The notes under the pieces are model-generated. The model saw only the letters and a list, made by a program, of their open reading frames with translations. It was not told the origin of the DNA and did no database searches. A program made the position numbers and the translations under genes. Below are positions 36,305 through 50,841 of a stretch of 56,065 nucleotides of DNA, piece by piece; the first letter of the stretch is position 1; each line of letters opens with the position of its first letter. This stretch comes from Paraspadella gotoi (Eukaryota > Animalia > Chaetognatha), in assembly GCA_051294375.1 (NCBI GenBank), contig CM119271.1:6178335-6234399 (forward strand), read 5' to 3'.

Positions 36305-37800
36305 ATTGTCGGTAAGTCACATAGATCATGTCATAAATTCTGCAAAAAAAATCGATGTCCGTCCGTCCCTCATCTGTCCGTCCGTCCGACCGTCTGTCTG
36401 TCCCCCTTATCCTTTAACGCCTATTACTAGTGAGTGGATGGGCAATTTATTTAAAAAAAAATTGTCCAAGTGGAAATGGACAAAAACAAAAAAAACCTGT
36501 TTTACTATTTTATATTAAAGGTCAATGCAAGCTGTATTATTTAATTCATTAATTAATTTATTTTTAATCAATGCAGCTTACATTTATATTTGATATAAAA
36601 GAAAAAATACAAAGCCAAATTAATTAACTAATTAGTTAATCAATTAATTAATTAATTAATAAATTAATTTTCTTATCAGATACGCTCTGATTGTGGCAGA
36701 TCCATCATCGCTTGCTCAATTTTTCTTTCTTCTTTTTTTCTTTCTTTTTTTCATTTCTTTTCATTTCTTTTCTTTTCTCTTCTCTTTCCTTTCTTTCCTC
36801 CTCGTGTAATAGCGATTTGTCGCCCCGTAATCAGTTCAGATCTTTGACCTCTCCGATTCGACCGCAAGCAAGAGGCTTAATCCTTATTCGTAGCAAATGA
36901 AGAAAATCAAAGAGAGAAAAGTTTAAAACAAATGGAGACAAACAGAGCAAAGACCTTTTTGAAAAAGATTGAGACAGAAATGATATGAAATTATTTTTTA
37001 AAAAATATTCTACATTGATATTATTAGAATTATTAAAAGAAGAAATTGATAAAAATTTTGGAGTGATTTATTAATTTCATTTTAATACGGACGTTGATTC
37101 AATTCTTTTGAAAGCTGAAATAGGGAAATATGCTCATGGTTTAACTGACGAATTTGCATGGCGAAGAGATGACTGTCACAACTGACAAAGCTTATTTGCA
37201 GAAATGGCTCTCACAGCGCTACTAAAAAAAGAAAATTTGGAAGAATTAAAAAGCTAAAGAACAATTCTCGTACACTTTGGCTTTTTTTTAAAAACAAATA
37301 TATTTTTTTTCATGAAATAAGCAAAGAAATGACAGTCCTTTAAACGACTGGTAACTGACGATTTTATGGAGAAAAAAATTATGTTCTGCTTTACTAACTT
37401 TACGTTAACATCGGTTGAAGCCAGAATTTTGGAGTTCAGTGGGATACGACAATTTTGTCTTTTCTGTAATTCATGTATATAATATTTTTTTCCGTTTGAT
37501 TAGTATTTGTCTATATTCGTATATGTTAAAAACAGCAATTTTTTTACTGCTTTGAATAAATTTTATCATTTTCACTGATGAAATTTTTTTTTACGCCTAT
37601 TTATTCTATTGGATATCAAGGTTTTCTTCTCTCACATATTTTTATTATGTCACAATGTGAAGTTTGTTGTTTTTTGTGTTTGTATTTGTTATTCTTTGTT
37701 GCTTTTTTCTTTCTTTGATAATTTTTGTTTTTTCTTTTTGTTTTCTTTCTCGTTGCCATTGAAAGGAATTCATGACAAGACGCAAAGCGAAGAGCCGAAT

Positions 37801-38068
37801 GCCGACACGAGTGGCCGATGCGAATTGCCGACACGAGTTGCCGACGCGAGTTACAGACAGAGTTCTCAATGAAAATTATCAAGAGAGTTGCCGACGCGTG
37901 TTAGCGATGCAACTTGCCGAACTGAGTTGCATGCACATTGCGGACACGAGTTGCTGATGATAGTTGCCAACGCGAATTACAGACAGAAGTTTTCAAATGC
38001 AAATTATCGACGAGAGTTGCCAACGCGTGTTAGCGATGCAACTTGCCGAACTGATGCCAATGTGAGTT
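37801..38068. repeat. 13-bp monomer array (GCCGACRCGAGTT) with ~129-bp higher-order repeat
   Basis: About 21 degenerate monomers; GCGTGTTAGCGATGCAACTTGCCGAACTGA recurs at 37896 and 38025; duplicate at 45465-45735. Confidence 0.8.
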
Positions 38069-38141
38069 GGTTTGAAGAGAAAAATGACAAAAAGAGAGGA
38101 TTTATGATTGAAGCCTCTTTGGGGAGGGAGAGAGGGAAAAA

Positions 38142-38210
<69 letters not shown>

Positions 38211-38351
38211 GCACAGAAAAAATAGTGTTTTGTCAAAACTCAAAAATAGTTCTCGTTTGCTATTAGAGGAGAGAGAGAAAAGGACAGAGATTAAAAGAAA
38301 AGAGGAAGGAAATGGAAAAAAGGAAAGAGAGCTGGTCAATAATGGAACAAG

Positions 38352-38421
<70 letters not shown>

Positions 38422-38603
38422 TATATCAAAGAAACAAAGTATTTTTCATCGTGAACGCGAAAACCCAGAGTTGCCAAATCTCACACCTGCGTGATTTGAT
38501 CACACACAAAACCAGAGTCGACATCATAATCATCCCGAGACTTCGATGGAAACCGTCAAAATATTTACTAAATTTAATAAAATGCTAATTTTTTCCCCGC
38601 GAT

Positions 38604-38675
<72 letters not shown>

Positions 38676-39164
38676 GATCCAAGAACAGATGTTCCGTGTC
38701 TCTGCTGATTCAGTAGACAGCTTAATTCCGTCAATTTGTAAAGATCTAAAAAAAAAACGGAAAATTGTTTCTCATCTCCCTCTTTGTGCGGTTTTTTTTG
38801 GTTTCGTTTTAGTTTTGTTAATCTTAGCCGTTTTCCCAGAAAACAAAACTCCCACTAACTAAAACTAAAACTACAGATTAGGAAAATGCGTTACAGGTTT
38901 CGGACGCTGTAAGTCACGAGCGATAAATTAGAAAAAAAAGGCTCTGATTATTAAATCGATTAAATATTCAAACTTTCCTTTTTCCCCAACTTTACCTGTT
39001 CGAGCGAACAATGACAGTTCAGTGATTGATTATTCTTCTAAACAATTAGAAACTATTTCATTGTTCAATTTTTATCTAAAAAAACTGCCCGAAGTCTTTC
39101 TTCGGCGAAGAGAAGAGTTTAAAATCTATTCTTTAAATTCTGAGCCCATCGCTCTCTCCCTCTC

Positions 39165-39228
<64 letters not shown>

Positions 39229-39667
39229 CGAGCTCGAGGTTATTTTCTTTTTTTTCTTTCGTTAAAAATTGTAAGTAGAGCACATTGATATAGATTCACT
39301 TCAATTAATCTATTAATCAATATAAAATCTCTTTCTCAGTCCCTCTCGCTCACATTCTCTCTCTGTTCACTTTGGAACGAATGAATTCGTCAAACAAAGA
39401 GTCACATGATTGGGAGTAGAATTGCAAATACAATCTCAATGTCTCTCTCTCTCTCTCTCTCTGTCTCTCCTCTCTCTCTCTCTCTCTCCTTCTCTCTCTC
39501 TCTTCTCTTCTCTCTCCAATACCCCAATTAATAAATTGATCAAATCGTATTAATTTACTATTCAAATAAGAAGTCAATTTTCGTTTACCAGTTCATTCAG
39601 TCAATTAATCAGTGACAACATCTGTGATTGATTATTTTTTCGTCTTCTCTCTCTCTCTCTCTCTCTC

Positions 39668-39743
<76 letters not shown>

Positions 39744-39828
39744 GTCCTCGAGAGTCATCGAATATTCATTTTTTTTTCTTCCCCTATCGAATGAATCATC
39801 CAGGTCTCCCAATGACTCTCCTCTCTCT

Positions 39829-39876
<48 letters not shown>

Positions 39877-40217
39877 CTCTCTTCTCTCTCTCTCTCTCTC
39901 TCTCTCTCACTCACTCCTTTTCTCTATGACTATGTAGCAGAATTGCAGATTTGGTCTGCCTGCCGCCGTCACCGCTGCCGAGTTCGTTAGAATTGCGCGC
40001 CAAAAAGACGACGGCCGACATTGAAGGCGACGTTCTCTGCGATCGGGGAAGGAGGGAAGGGGCGTGCACCACCTTTTTGGTGGAAGACGCAGATTGGATT
40101 AAGACAAAGAGTTTCGGGATAATCTCATCTTTAAAAAAAATGAAAGTGATTTCGCTTTGTTCTTCAACCGCCTCTACTGCATCTATAGCCGACTACAAGC
40201 ATGACACCTTCAGTCGT

Positions 40218-40497
40218 GACCCGCTGGCTCATTGAGTAAAGCCATCAGTTCATTACCACTAGGTACCGGGTTCAATCCTGTGGGAAGCGTGGAGGACGCC
40301 TAAAGCGCCTTGGGGGTGTGGAGAATCCTCAAGCTGGTTCCGTGCCCTGTACGTTCATGGCTGCTAGAGGGGTTAAAAGAATTTACGGATAGTGATCTTG
40401 AGCCCACTTTGCCCCTTATCCACAGACTAAGTAAGTCTTGTAAAACCATTGTAGGCTCATACCCTCCTAAGCCTGTTCAAAGTCGAGAAACATGATG
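40218..40497 (+). mobile_element. tRNA-derived SINE-like element
   Basis: A-box-like TGGCTCATTGAG (40225-40236) and B-box GGGTTCAATCC (40268-40278) at tRNA spacing, followed by a unique body; no intact acceptor stem. Duplicate at 49698-49980. Confidence 0.6.
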
Positions 40498-41347
40498 CTT
40501 ATTTTGAATTTTTTTTTTTGTTGGTTGTCCGATTTCCAAAAAAATTCCTCTCATTAACCCCACCCTTTAACTTAGCATTAACTCCATCCTCCATCTCTTC
40601 CTATCAACTGTCCTCGAATAGAATTCTCGAATCACGCTGCTCTCAGTAGATTAATGAGAGTTTCTATAATTTAAGCGGATTAATGAAAGGAAACGAAAGA
40701 AATCAATTTCATTATTTCTTTCTTCTCTCTCTCTCTCTTTTTTTTTTAACACCAACATTCGTTTTACCCCGTTCACCTTTATTCCGTCCTTATCCTACGT
40801 TCCTAATTCGCCTTACCTCTCTCCCGCCCTTCACCCACCTCCGTCACTCACGTCGACAAAAAAATATAAGAAAAAAAAATTCCTTACCTCAAAACATAAC
40901 CTCCCCGCCGCGCCGCGCCGCCTCGCCATTCAAATTTCCTCTGTTTACTCACTGCAGAGTCAATGTTTGAAGAAAAATTTCGTCCTTGTCCCCCCCCCGA
41001 AAAAGGAAGAGGACGGGATAAAGATAGGGTTTTCTTGGCGCTATTATCCGAAAGCGACCCTTTTCTTATCCCTGAACTTATTTTTAATCCTACTCTCTTA
41101 TCAAATATTTTACCTAATCCCTCACCCTAAATATTACTGAATACTTAATTTTATTCTCTATTCCCCAACCAAATTTTTAACCAAATCTCCAAATCCCCTT
41201 AACTTAACTCTTATACCTAACTCTAAACTTAGTATTTAAACCTAAAAACTTATTAAATTTCGGATTTAGGTTAAAATGGGGCACGTTTTAAAAATATGGT
41301 CGGGTTTTTGAGGGCAGAGTGGATACTTTTTGTGGATAGGGAACTTG

Positions 41348-42612
41348 GGAAAGGAGAGGGACAGCCTTTATGATGATTCATTTAGTGACAGGAAAGGAGG
41401 GGACAGTCTTTTATGATGATATCATTAGTGACAGGAAAGGAGGGGGACAGCCTTTTATGATGAACATTTAGTGCAGGAAAGGAGGGACAGCCTTTATGAT
41501 GATACATTTGTGACAGGAGGAGGGGACAGCCTTTTATGATGATACAATTAGTGACAGGAAAGGAGGGGGACAGCCTTTTATGATGATAACATTTAGTGAC
41601 AGGAAAGAAGGGGGACAGCCTTTTATGATGATACATTTAGTGACAGGAAAGGAGGGGACAGCCTTTATGATGATAACATTTAGTGACAGGAAAGGAGGGG
41701 GACAGCCTTTTTATGATGATACATTTAGTGACAGGAAAGGAGGGGGACAGCCTTTTATGATGATACATTTAGTGACAGGAAAAGAGGGGACAGCCTTTTA
41801 TGATGATACATTTAGTGACAGGAAAGGAGGGGGACAGCCTTTTATGATGATACATTTAGTGACAGGAAAGGAGGGGGACAGCCTTTTATGATGATACATT
41901 TAGTGACAGGAAAGGAGGGGGACAGCCTTTTATGATGATACATTTAGTGACAGGAAAGGAGGGGGACAGTTTTATGATGATACATTTAGTGACAGGAAAG
42001 AGGGGGACAGCCTTTTAGTGATACATTTAGGACAGGAAAGGAGGGGACAGCCTTTTATGATGATACATTTAGTGACAGGAAAAGGAGGGGGACAGCCTTT
42101 TATGATGATACATTTAGTGACAGGAAAGGAGGGGGACAGCCTTTTATGATGATACTTTAGTGACAGGAAAGGAGGGGGACAGCCTTTATGATGATACTTT
42201 AGTGACAGGAAAGGGGGGAAGCCTTTTATGATGATACATTTAGTGACAGGAAAGGAGGGGGACAGCCTTTTATGATGATACATTTAGTGACAGGAAGGAG
42301 GGGACAGCTTTTATGATGATACTTTAGTGACAGGAAAGGAGGGGACGCCTTTTTGATGATACATTTAGTGACAGGAAAGGAGGGGGAAGCCTTTATGATG
42401 ATACATTTAGTGACAGGAAAGGAGGGGGACAGCCTTTTATATGATACATTAGTGACAGGAAAGGGGGGGACAGCCTTTTATGATGAACATTTAGTGACAG
42501 GAAAGGAGGGGACAGCCTTTTATGATGATACATTAGTGACAGGAAAGGAGGGGGACAGCCTTTTATGATGATACATTTATGACAGGAAAAAGGGGGGACA
42601 GCCTTTAATGAC
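41348..42612. repeat. 44-bp minisatellite, ~29 copies
   Basis: Unit ATGATGATACATTTAGTGACAGGAAAGGAGGGGGACAGCCTTTT, head to tail with no spacers. Confidence 0.97.
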
Positions 42613-44286
42613 GTTTGATAAGCGGACGAGAAGAGAAAAAGGATCATTTTTCTTTGTTCGAATTTGAAGTTGAATTTGAATTTCAATTGTACCACAGTGT
42701 CCCTTCACAGTGACACTGAAATAATCCTTGTAACCNNNNNNNNNNNNNNNNNNNNNNNNNAAAAAGAGGAGACATCTTGAAATAGCTGTGATATTTTCAT
42801 ATTAACTTTGGATTTATGTATTTTTCTGTTTGAATTTCCACTTTCATTATATTTAGCTGGCAATATTGCAAATGAGGATTAAAGTACTCCTTATAATATC
42901 CAAATTAGTATATAGAAATGCTTTAATCTAATTTACATATTGCGAGTAGTAATATGAAGAAGTAAATTCAAAAAAATTTGTTTTAAACATTCTTCTCAAT
43001 ACGAAACTAAGGACTCAAAGGATTTTTTTAATGAGAGTAATATCTTATATTTTAATACAAATATAAATTAAATCTTTTTCAAGCTGGAATTGGGAAAAAA
43101 TTGGAAAAATTTCATAATTGTAACATTGTAACATATTTTTGCGCTTTCTTTTATTTCTTTAAATTATTATAATTTCTTTCCTATATTTGTCAGTTGCTGC
43201 TTTTTCTAAACCCTTAAAAAACGAGTTCAGGTTTCTGCAGTGACTTTCAGCTGCTTTCACTTCTCTCTTTCTTTCCTGTCTCTTTGTCTCTCTTTTTTCT
43301 CTTTCTGTCTCTCTTTCTCTCTCTTTCTGTCTCTCTCACTCTGTACTATCGTTCGTTTTTTGAAAAAATTCTGATTATTTTTTTCCTTCTCAAAACTCTC
43401 TCTCTCTCTCTGTTATTATTATTTTTTTTAAAAAATGAAGAATAACTTATAATGATATGCATTATCACATATAAATCAGCTAATGTGACCTATTATATAT
43501 GCAGCACTTTCGCCGAATAATATAATTGCATGCATCACATTATAAAAAAAAAAATTTTGTTTTTATTTATTATGCAACTTTGGACCGGTTGGCCCACTAT
43601 TGGAAATTATATCTAAAATAGGAGTTGATAAGAGAGATATAGTCAAATTAAACATACTTTTTTTGTTATTCTGATAATTTGTACTATTATTAAATTTATA
43701 AATATTTTTAGTGTATTATTTAATCATTTTTAACTTTTTTTTAAATAATAATTATTGGAGTTGTGATAACTATTTATAAATTAATTAAATATGCAAATAT
43801 TAAATTTGACCTCGGTCTGGTTTCTTCCTAAAAAAGAACAATCTTTTCTCTCTATCTCTCTTTCTCTCTTCTCTCTCTCTCTCTCTCGTCTCCTCTCTCT
43901 CTCTCTCTCTCTTTCTCTCTCTTTTTTTTCCTTCTAAAAACTTTTATTATCGCCATTTATTCCGAGATTTTCGTGGATTTTTTCCTCTAAAAACTTTTTA
44001 TTATCGCCATTTATTATTTTATCTCAATACAAAATCCCAAAATACAATAACTTACTTAACCTAGATTTCGTGGTCGTTGCGGAGCAACAAGTAAACAATG
44101 TCGAGGGAACATGACCTAATAACGCGTTACGTGTATAAAAAAAATCAAAATAGACCCAAATTTCACGACGCCGTTGCGAGGCAACGGATAACCGATATAA
44201 AACGAGAGTGACCTAAAATGCGTCTCGTTGGTGGGAAACTCTCTCTCTCTCCTCCCTCTCATTATTCTCACTCTCCCTCCTCTTCT

Positions 44287-44338
<52 letters not shown>

Positions 44339-44551
44339 CCTCTTCTCTCTCTCTCTCTTTTTTTCCTTCTAAAAACTTTATTAATCGCCATTATTCCGCG
44401 CTTTTTTCTCAATTACAAAATCACAAAATTTACATCCGAGATTTTTCGTGGATTTTTTTTCTAAAATTCTGATTATTCTTTATATAAACGAGAAGAGACC
44501 TAATAATGCCGTTTCGTTGGCGGGAAAACTGTCCAGCCTCTTCTCTCCTCT

Positions 44552-44584
<33 letters not shown>

Positions 44585-44689
44585 CTCTCTCTCGTCTCTC
44601 TCTCTCATCCTGCTCTCTCTCTCTGCTCTCTCTCTTTCAACTCATACACGCATTTGTTGTTTTATTTACGATGAATGTCAGCGCGTCAA

Positions 44690-44906
44690 TGAAATCACTA
44701 TCATCGCATCAATGAATGACTATCATTCGTATCAATGAATGATATCAATCATATCAATGAATGACTATCAATCGCATCAATCATTTGATTATCATCACAT
44801 CAGTCATCTTTGTTATCATCGCATCAATTATTGGTTTATTCATCGGCGTCAAATATTTGGTTATCATCGCATCAATATTTGGTTATCATCGCATCAATAT
44901 TTGGTT
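44690..44906. repeat. ~22-bp tandem repeat (TATCATCGCATCAATATTTGGT / TATCATCGCATCAATGAATGAC)
   Basis: About 9-10 degenerate units directly upstream of duplicated copy B. Confidence 0.8.
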
Positions 44907-44944
44907 ACTCATATCGAAAGCGGCTCGATCTTTATGCTTTTAAG

Positions 44945-45798
44945 ATTTTTTTTCATGAAATAAGCAAAGAAATGACAGTCCTTTAAACGACTGGTAACTG
45001 ACGATTTTATGGAGAAAAAAATTATGTTCTGCTTTACTAACTTTACGTTAACCATTGGTTGAAGCCTAGAATTTTGAGTTCAGTGGGATACGACAATTTT
45101 TGTTTCTAAGAGACACCATAATTACTTTAAATGTATATAATATTTTTTTCCGTTGATTAGTATTTGTCTATATTCGTATATGTTAAAAACAGCAATCTTT
45201 TTTTACTGCTTTGAATAAATTTTATCATTTTTCACTGATGACGAAATTTTTTATTACGCCTATTTATTCTATTGGATATCAAGGTTTTCTTCTCTCACAT
45301 ATTTTTATTATGTCACAATGTGAAGTTTGTTGTTTTTTGTGTTTGTATTTGTTATTCTTTGTTGCTTTTTTCTTTCTTTGATAATTTTTGTTTTTTCTTT
45401 CTTGTTTTCTTTCTCGTTGCCATTGAAAGGAATTCATGACAAGACGCAAAGCGAAGAGCCGAATGCCGACACGAGTGGCCGATGCGAATTGCCGACACGA
45501 GTTGCCGACGCGAGTTACAGACAGGAGTTCTCAATGAAAATTATCAATGAGAGTTGCCGACGCGTGTTAGCGATGCAACTTGCCAAACTGAGTTACTGAC
45601 GCACATTTCGGACGAGTTGCTGATGAGAGTTGCCAACGCGAATTACAGACAGAAGTTTTCAATGCAAATTATCGACGAGAGTTGCCAACGCGTGTTAGCG
45701 ATGCAACTTGCCGAACTGAGTTGCCAATGTGAGTTGGTTTGAAGAGAAAAATGACAAAAAAGAGAGGATTTATGATTGAAGCCTCTTTGGGGAGGGAG

Positions 45799-45881
<83 letters not shown>

Positions 45882-46978
45882 ACACAGGAAAAAAAATAGT
45901 TAGTTGTTGTCAAAACTGAAATAGTTCTCTTTGCTATTAGAGAGCAGAGAGATAAAACGACAGGATTTAAAAAGAAAAGAAGGAAAGGGAAAAAAAAGAA
46001 GGCGAGTTCCAAAGAAAAAGAGCAAAAAGAAGAACACAAGACAGAAGAGAGAGAGAGAGAGAGAGAGAAAGAGAAGAGAGAGGAGAGAGAAGAGAGAGAG
46101 AGAGAGAGAAATAATCAAAGAAACAAAGTATTTTTTCATCGTGACACGCGCGAAAATCCAGAGTTGCCAAAATCTCAACACCTGCGTGAATTTGATCAAA
46201 GCAGCAATACCACAGCAAAATCCAGAGTCGCATCATAACTTCATCCCCAGAGACTTCGATGGAAACCGTCCAAAATATTTTTACTGAAATTTAAAATAAA
46301 TGCTAATTTTTTCCCCCGCGATTATCTCTCTCTCTCTCTTCTCGTCTTTCTCTCTCCCTCTCTCTCTCTCCTCTCTCTCTCTTCTCTCTCTCTCTCTCTC
46401 TCTCTCTCCTCACTCTCTCTCTTGTCTCTCGATCCAAGAACAGATGTTCCGTGTCTCTGCTGATTCAGGTAAGGCAGCTTAATTCCGTCAATTTGTAAAG
46501 ATCTAAAAAATAAACGGAAAATTGTTTCTCATCTCCCCTCTTTTGTGCGGTTTTTTTTTTTTTGTTTCGTTTTAGTTTTTTGTTAATCTTAGACCGAACC
46601 GTTTTCGCCAGAAAACAATAAACTCCCACTAACTAAAAAACTCAAAAACACAGATTATGGAATAATGCGTTACAGGGTTTCGGACGCTGTTAAGTCACGA
46701 GGCGGGATAAATTAGAAAAAAAAAGGGCTCTGATTAATTAAATCGATTAAATATTCAAACTTTCCTTTTTTCCCCAACTTTAACCTGTTCGAGCGAACAA
46801 TGACAGTTCAGTTCAGTGATTGATTATTCTTTCTAAAGACAATTAGAAACTATTTCATTGTTCAATTTTTATCTAAAAAAACTGCCCGAAGTCTTCTCTT
46901 CGGCGAAGAGAAGAGTTTAAAATCTCTAATCTCTTTCTGAGCCCATCGCTCTTTCCCTGCTCTCTCTCTCTTCTCTCC

Positions 46979-47043
<65 letters not shown>

Positions 47044-47747
47044 CTAGGTTATTTTCTTTTTTCATTCGTTAAATGTAAGTAGAGCACATTGATATAGAAA
47101 TTCACTGTCAATTAATCTATTAATCAATATAAAATCTCTTTCTCAGTCCCTCTCGCTCACATTCTCTCTCTGTTCACTTTGGAACGAATGAATTCGTCAA
47201 ACAAAGAGTCACATGATTGGGACGTAGAATTGCAAATACAATCTCAATGTCCTCTCTCTCTCTCTCCTCGTCTCCTTCTCTCTCCTCCCTCTCTCTCTGC
47301 TGCTTCTCATCTTTTCTCTTCTCTCTCTCCTCTCTCTCTCTCTCTTCCCCTGTTCCTCTCTCTCTCTCTCTCCGTTCTCTCTTTTCTCTTCTACCCCAAT
47401 TAATAAATTGACCAAATCGTATTAATTTACTTTTTCTATAGAAAAGTCAAATTTTCGTTTACCAGTTCAATTCAGTCAATTAAATCAGTGACAACATCTG
47501 TGATTGATTAATTTATTCGTCTCTCTCTCTCTCCCTCCCTAGTCTCTCATCTCTCTCTCTCTCGTCTTCGTCTCTCTCTTCCTCCTCTCCCTCTCCTCTC
47601 TCTCCTCTCTCTCTCTCTCTCTCCTCTCCTCTCTCTCTATCTCCTCTTCTCTCGTCCCCCTCACCGTCCTCGAGAGTCTCGAATATTCATTTTTTTTTTT
47701 CTTCCCTATCGAATGAATCATCCAGGTCTCCCAATGCCTGTCTCCTC
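44945..47747 (+). repeat. Duplicated block, copy B (matches 37302 to ~39820)
   Basis: Colinear with copy A, with many 1-2 bp insertions toward its 3' end; stops at a 25-N gap. Confidence 0.95.
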
Positions 47748-47772
47748 NNNNNNNNNNNNNNNNNNNNNNNNN

Positions 47773-47807
<35 letters not shown>

Positions 47808-47991
47808 TCAAAGAAACAAAGTATTTTTCATCGTGAACGCGAAAATCCAGAGTTGCCAAATCTCACACCTGCGTGATTTGATCACACACAAAAACCAGAG
47901 TCGACATCATAAATCATCCCCGAGACTTCGATGGAAACCGTCAAAATATTTACTAAATTTAAATAAAATGCTAATTTTTTCCCCGCGATTA

Positions 47992-48088
<97 letters not shown>

Positions 48089-48591
48089 GTCTCTCGATCC
48101 AAAACAGATGTTCCGTGTCTCTTGCTGATTCAGGTAAGCAGCTTAATTCCGTCAATTTGTAAAGATCTAAAAATAAAACGGAAAATTTGTTTCTCATCTC
48201 CCTCTTTGGTGCGGTTTTTTTTTTGTTTTGTTTTAGTTTTGTTAATCTTTACCGTTTTTCCCAGAAAACAAAAACTCCCACTAACTAAAACTAAAACTAC
48301 AGATATGGGAAATGCGTTACAGGTTTCGGACGCTGTTAAGTCACGAGCGGATAATTAGAAAAAAAAAGGCTCTGATTAATTAAATCGATTTAAATATTCA
48401 AACTTTCCTTTTTCCCCAACTTTACCTGTTCGAAGCGAACAATGACAGTTCAGTGATTGATTATTCTTTCAAACAATTAGAAACTATTTCATTGTTCAAT
48501 TTTTATCTAAAAAAACTGCCCGAAGTCTTCTCTTCGGCGAAGAGAAGAGTTTAAAATCTCTAATCTCTTTCTGAGCCCATCGCTCTCTTCC

Positions 48592-48676
<85 letters not shown>

Positions 48677-48950
48677 CCCACTAGGTTTTTTCTTTTTTCA
48701 TTCTTTCGTTAATAATTAATAAGTAGAGCACATTGATATAGAAATTCACTTCAATTAATCTATTAATCAATATAAAATCTCTTTCTCAGTCCCTCTCGCT
48801 CACATTTTCTCTCTCTGTTCACTTTGGAACGAATGAATTCGTCAAACAAAGAGTCACATGATTGGGACGTAGAATTGCAAATACAATCTCAATGTCTCTC
48901 TCTCTCTCTTCTCTCTCCTCTCTCTTCTCTCTCCTCCTCTCTCTCTCTTT

Positions 48951-48988
<38 letters not shown>

Positions 48989-49144
48989 CTCTCTCTTCTC
49001 TGTCCTCTCTTTCTTTCTACCCAATTAATAAATTGACAAATCGTATTAATTTACTTTTTCTATAGAAAAGGTCAAATTTTCGTTTCCAGTTCATCAGTCA
49101 ATTAATCAGTGACAACATCTGTGATTGATTATTTATTCGCTTTT

Positions 49145-49246
<102 letters not shown>

Positions 49247-49334
49247 CGTCCTCGAGAGTCATCGAATATTCATTTTTTTTTCTTCCCCTATCGAATGAAT
49301 CATCCAGGTCTCCCAATGACTCTCTCTCTCCTCT

Positions 49335-49379
<45 letters not shown>

Positions 49380-49697
49380 CTCTCTCACTACTCCTTTTCT
49401 CTATGACTATGTAAGCAGAATTGCAGATTTGGTCTGCCTGCCGCCGTCACCGCTGCCGAGTTCGTTAGAATTGCGCGCCAAAAAGACGACGCCGACATTG
49501 AAGGCGACGTTCTCTGCGATCGGGGAAGGAGGGAAGGGGCGTGGCACCACCTTTTTGGTGGAAGACGCAGATTGGATTAAGACAACAGAGTTTCGGGATA
49601 ATCTCATCTTTAAAAAAAAATGAAAGTGATTTCGCTTTGTTCTTCAACCGCCTCTACTGCATCTATAGCCGACTACAAGCATGACACCTTCAGTCGT

Positions 49698-49980
49698 GAC
49701 CCGCTGGCTCATTGAGTAAAGCCATCAGTTCATTACCACTAGGTACCGGGTTCAATCCTGTGGGAAGCGTGAGGACGGCCCTAAAGCGCCTTGGGGGTGT
49801 GGAGAATCCTCAAGCCTGGTTCCGTGCCCTGTACCAGTTCCATGGCTGCTAGAGGGGTTAAAGAATTTACGGATAGTGATCTTGAGCCCACTTTGCCCCT
49901 TATCCACAGACTAAGTAAGTCTTGTAAAAACATTGTAGGCTCATACCCTCCTAAGCCTGTTCAAAGTCGAGAAACATGAT
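49698..49980 (+). mobile_element. tRNA-derived SINE-like element (duplicate of 40218-40497)
   Basis: Same A-box and B-box (B-box at 49748-49758) and the same body. Confidence 0.6.
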
Positions 49981-50841
49981 GCTTAATTTTGAATTTTTTT
50001 TTTTGTTGGTTGTCCCGATTTCCAAAAAAATTCCTTCTCATTAACCCCACCCTTTAACTTAGCATTAACTCCATCCTCCATCTCTTCCCTATCAACTGTC
50101 CTCGAATAGAATTTCTCGAATCACGCTGCTCTCAGTAGATTAATGAGAGTTTCTATAATTTAAGCGGATTAATGAAAGGAAACGAAAGAAATCAATTTCA
50201 TTATTTCTTTCTTTCTCTCTCTCTCTCTTTTTTTTTAACCAACATTCGTTTACCCCGTTCACCTTTATTCCGTCCTTTATCCTCGTTCCTAATTCGCCTT
50301 ACCTCTCTCCCGCCCTTCACCCACCTCCGTCACTCACGTCGACAAAAAAATATAAGAAAAAAAAAATTCCTTACCTCAAAACATAACCTCCCCGCCGCGT
50401 GCCGCCGCCTCGGCCATTCAAATTTCCTCTGTTTACTCACTGCAGAGTCAACTGTTTGAAGAAAAATTTCGTCCTTGTCCCCCCCCCCCGAAAAAGGAAA
50501 GAGGACGGGGATAAGATAGGGTTTTCTTGGCGCTATTATCCGAAAGCGACCCTTTTCTTATCCCTGAACTTATTTTTAATCCTACTCTCTTATCAAATAT
50601 TTTACCTAATCCCTCACCCTAAATATTAACCTGAATACTTAATTTTATTCTCTATTCCCCAACCAAATTTTTAACCAAATCTCCAAATCCCCTTAACTTA
50701 ACTCTTATACCTAACTCTAACTTAGTATTTAAACCTAAAAACTTATTAAATTTCGGATTTAGGTTAAAATGGGGCACGTTTTAAAAATATGGTCGGGTTT
50801 TTGAGGGCAGAGTGGATACTTTTTTGTGGATAGGGAACTTG

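Larger units (their letters stand above)
37302..42735 (+). repeat. Duplicated block, copy A (recurs at 44945-47747 and 47773-52527)
   Basis: Colinear, near-identical sequence from CATGAAATAAGCAAAG to ATAATCCTTGTAACC, ending at a 25-N gap. Confidence 0.95.

Noticed and set aside
37950-37990. Hammerhead ribozyme cores (CTGANGA) here and at about 45620 and 13469
   Set aside because: No stem II followed by GAAA, and no flanking helices were found by eye.
41348-42612. 44-bp array as a CRISPR array or box C/D snoRNA cluster (each unit has ATGATGA)
   Set aside because: Units are head to tail with no unique spacers, there are no cas genes, the context is eukaryotic, and there is no box D CTGA or terminal stem.
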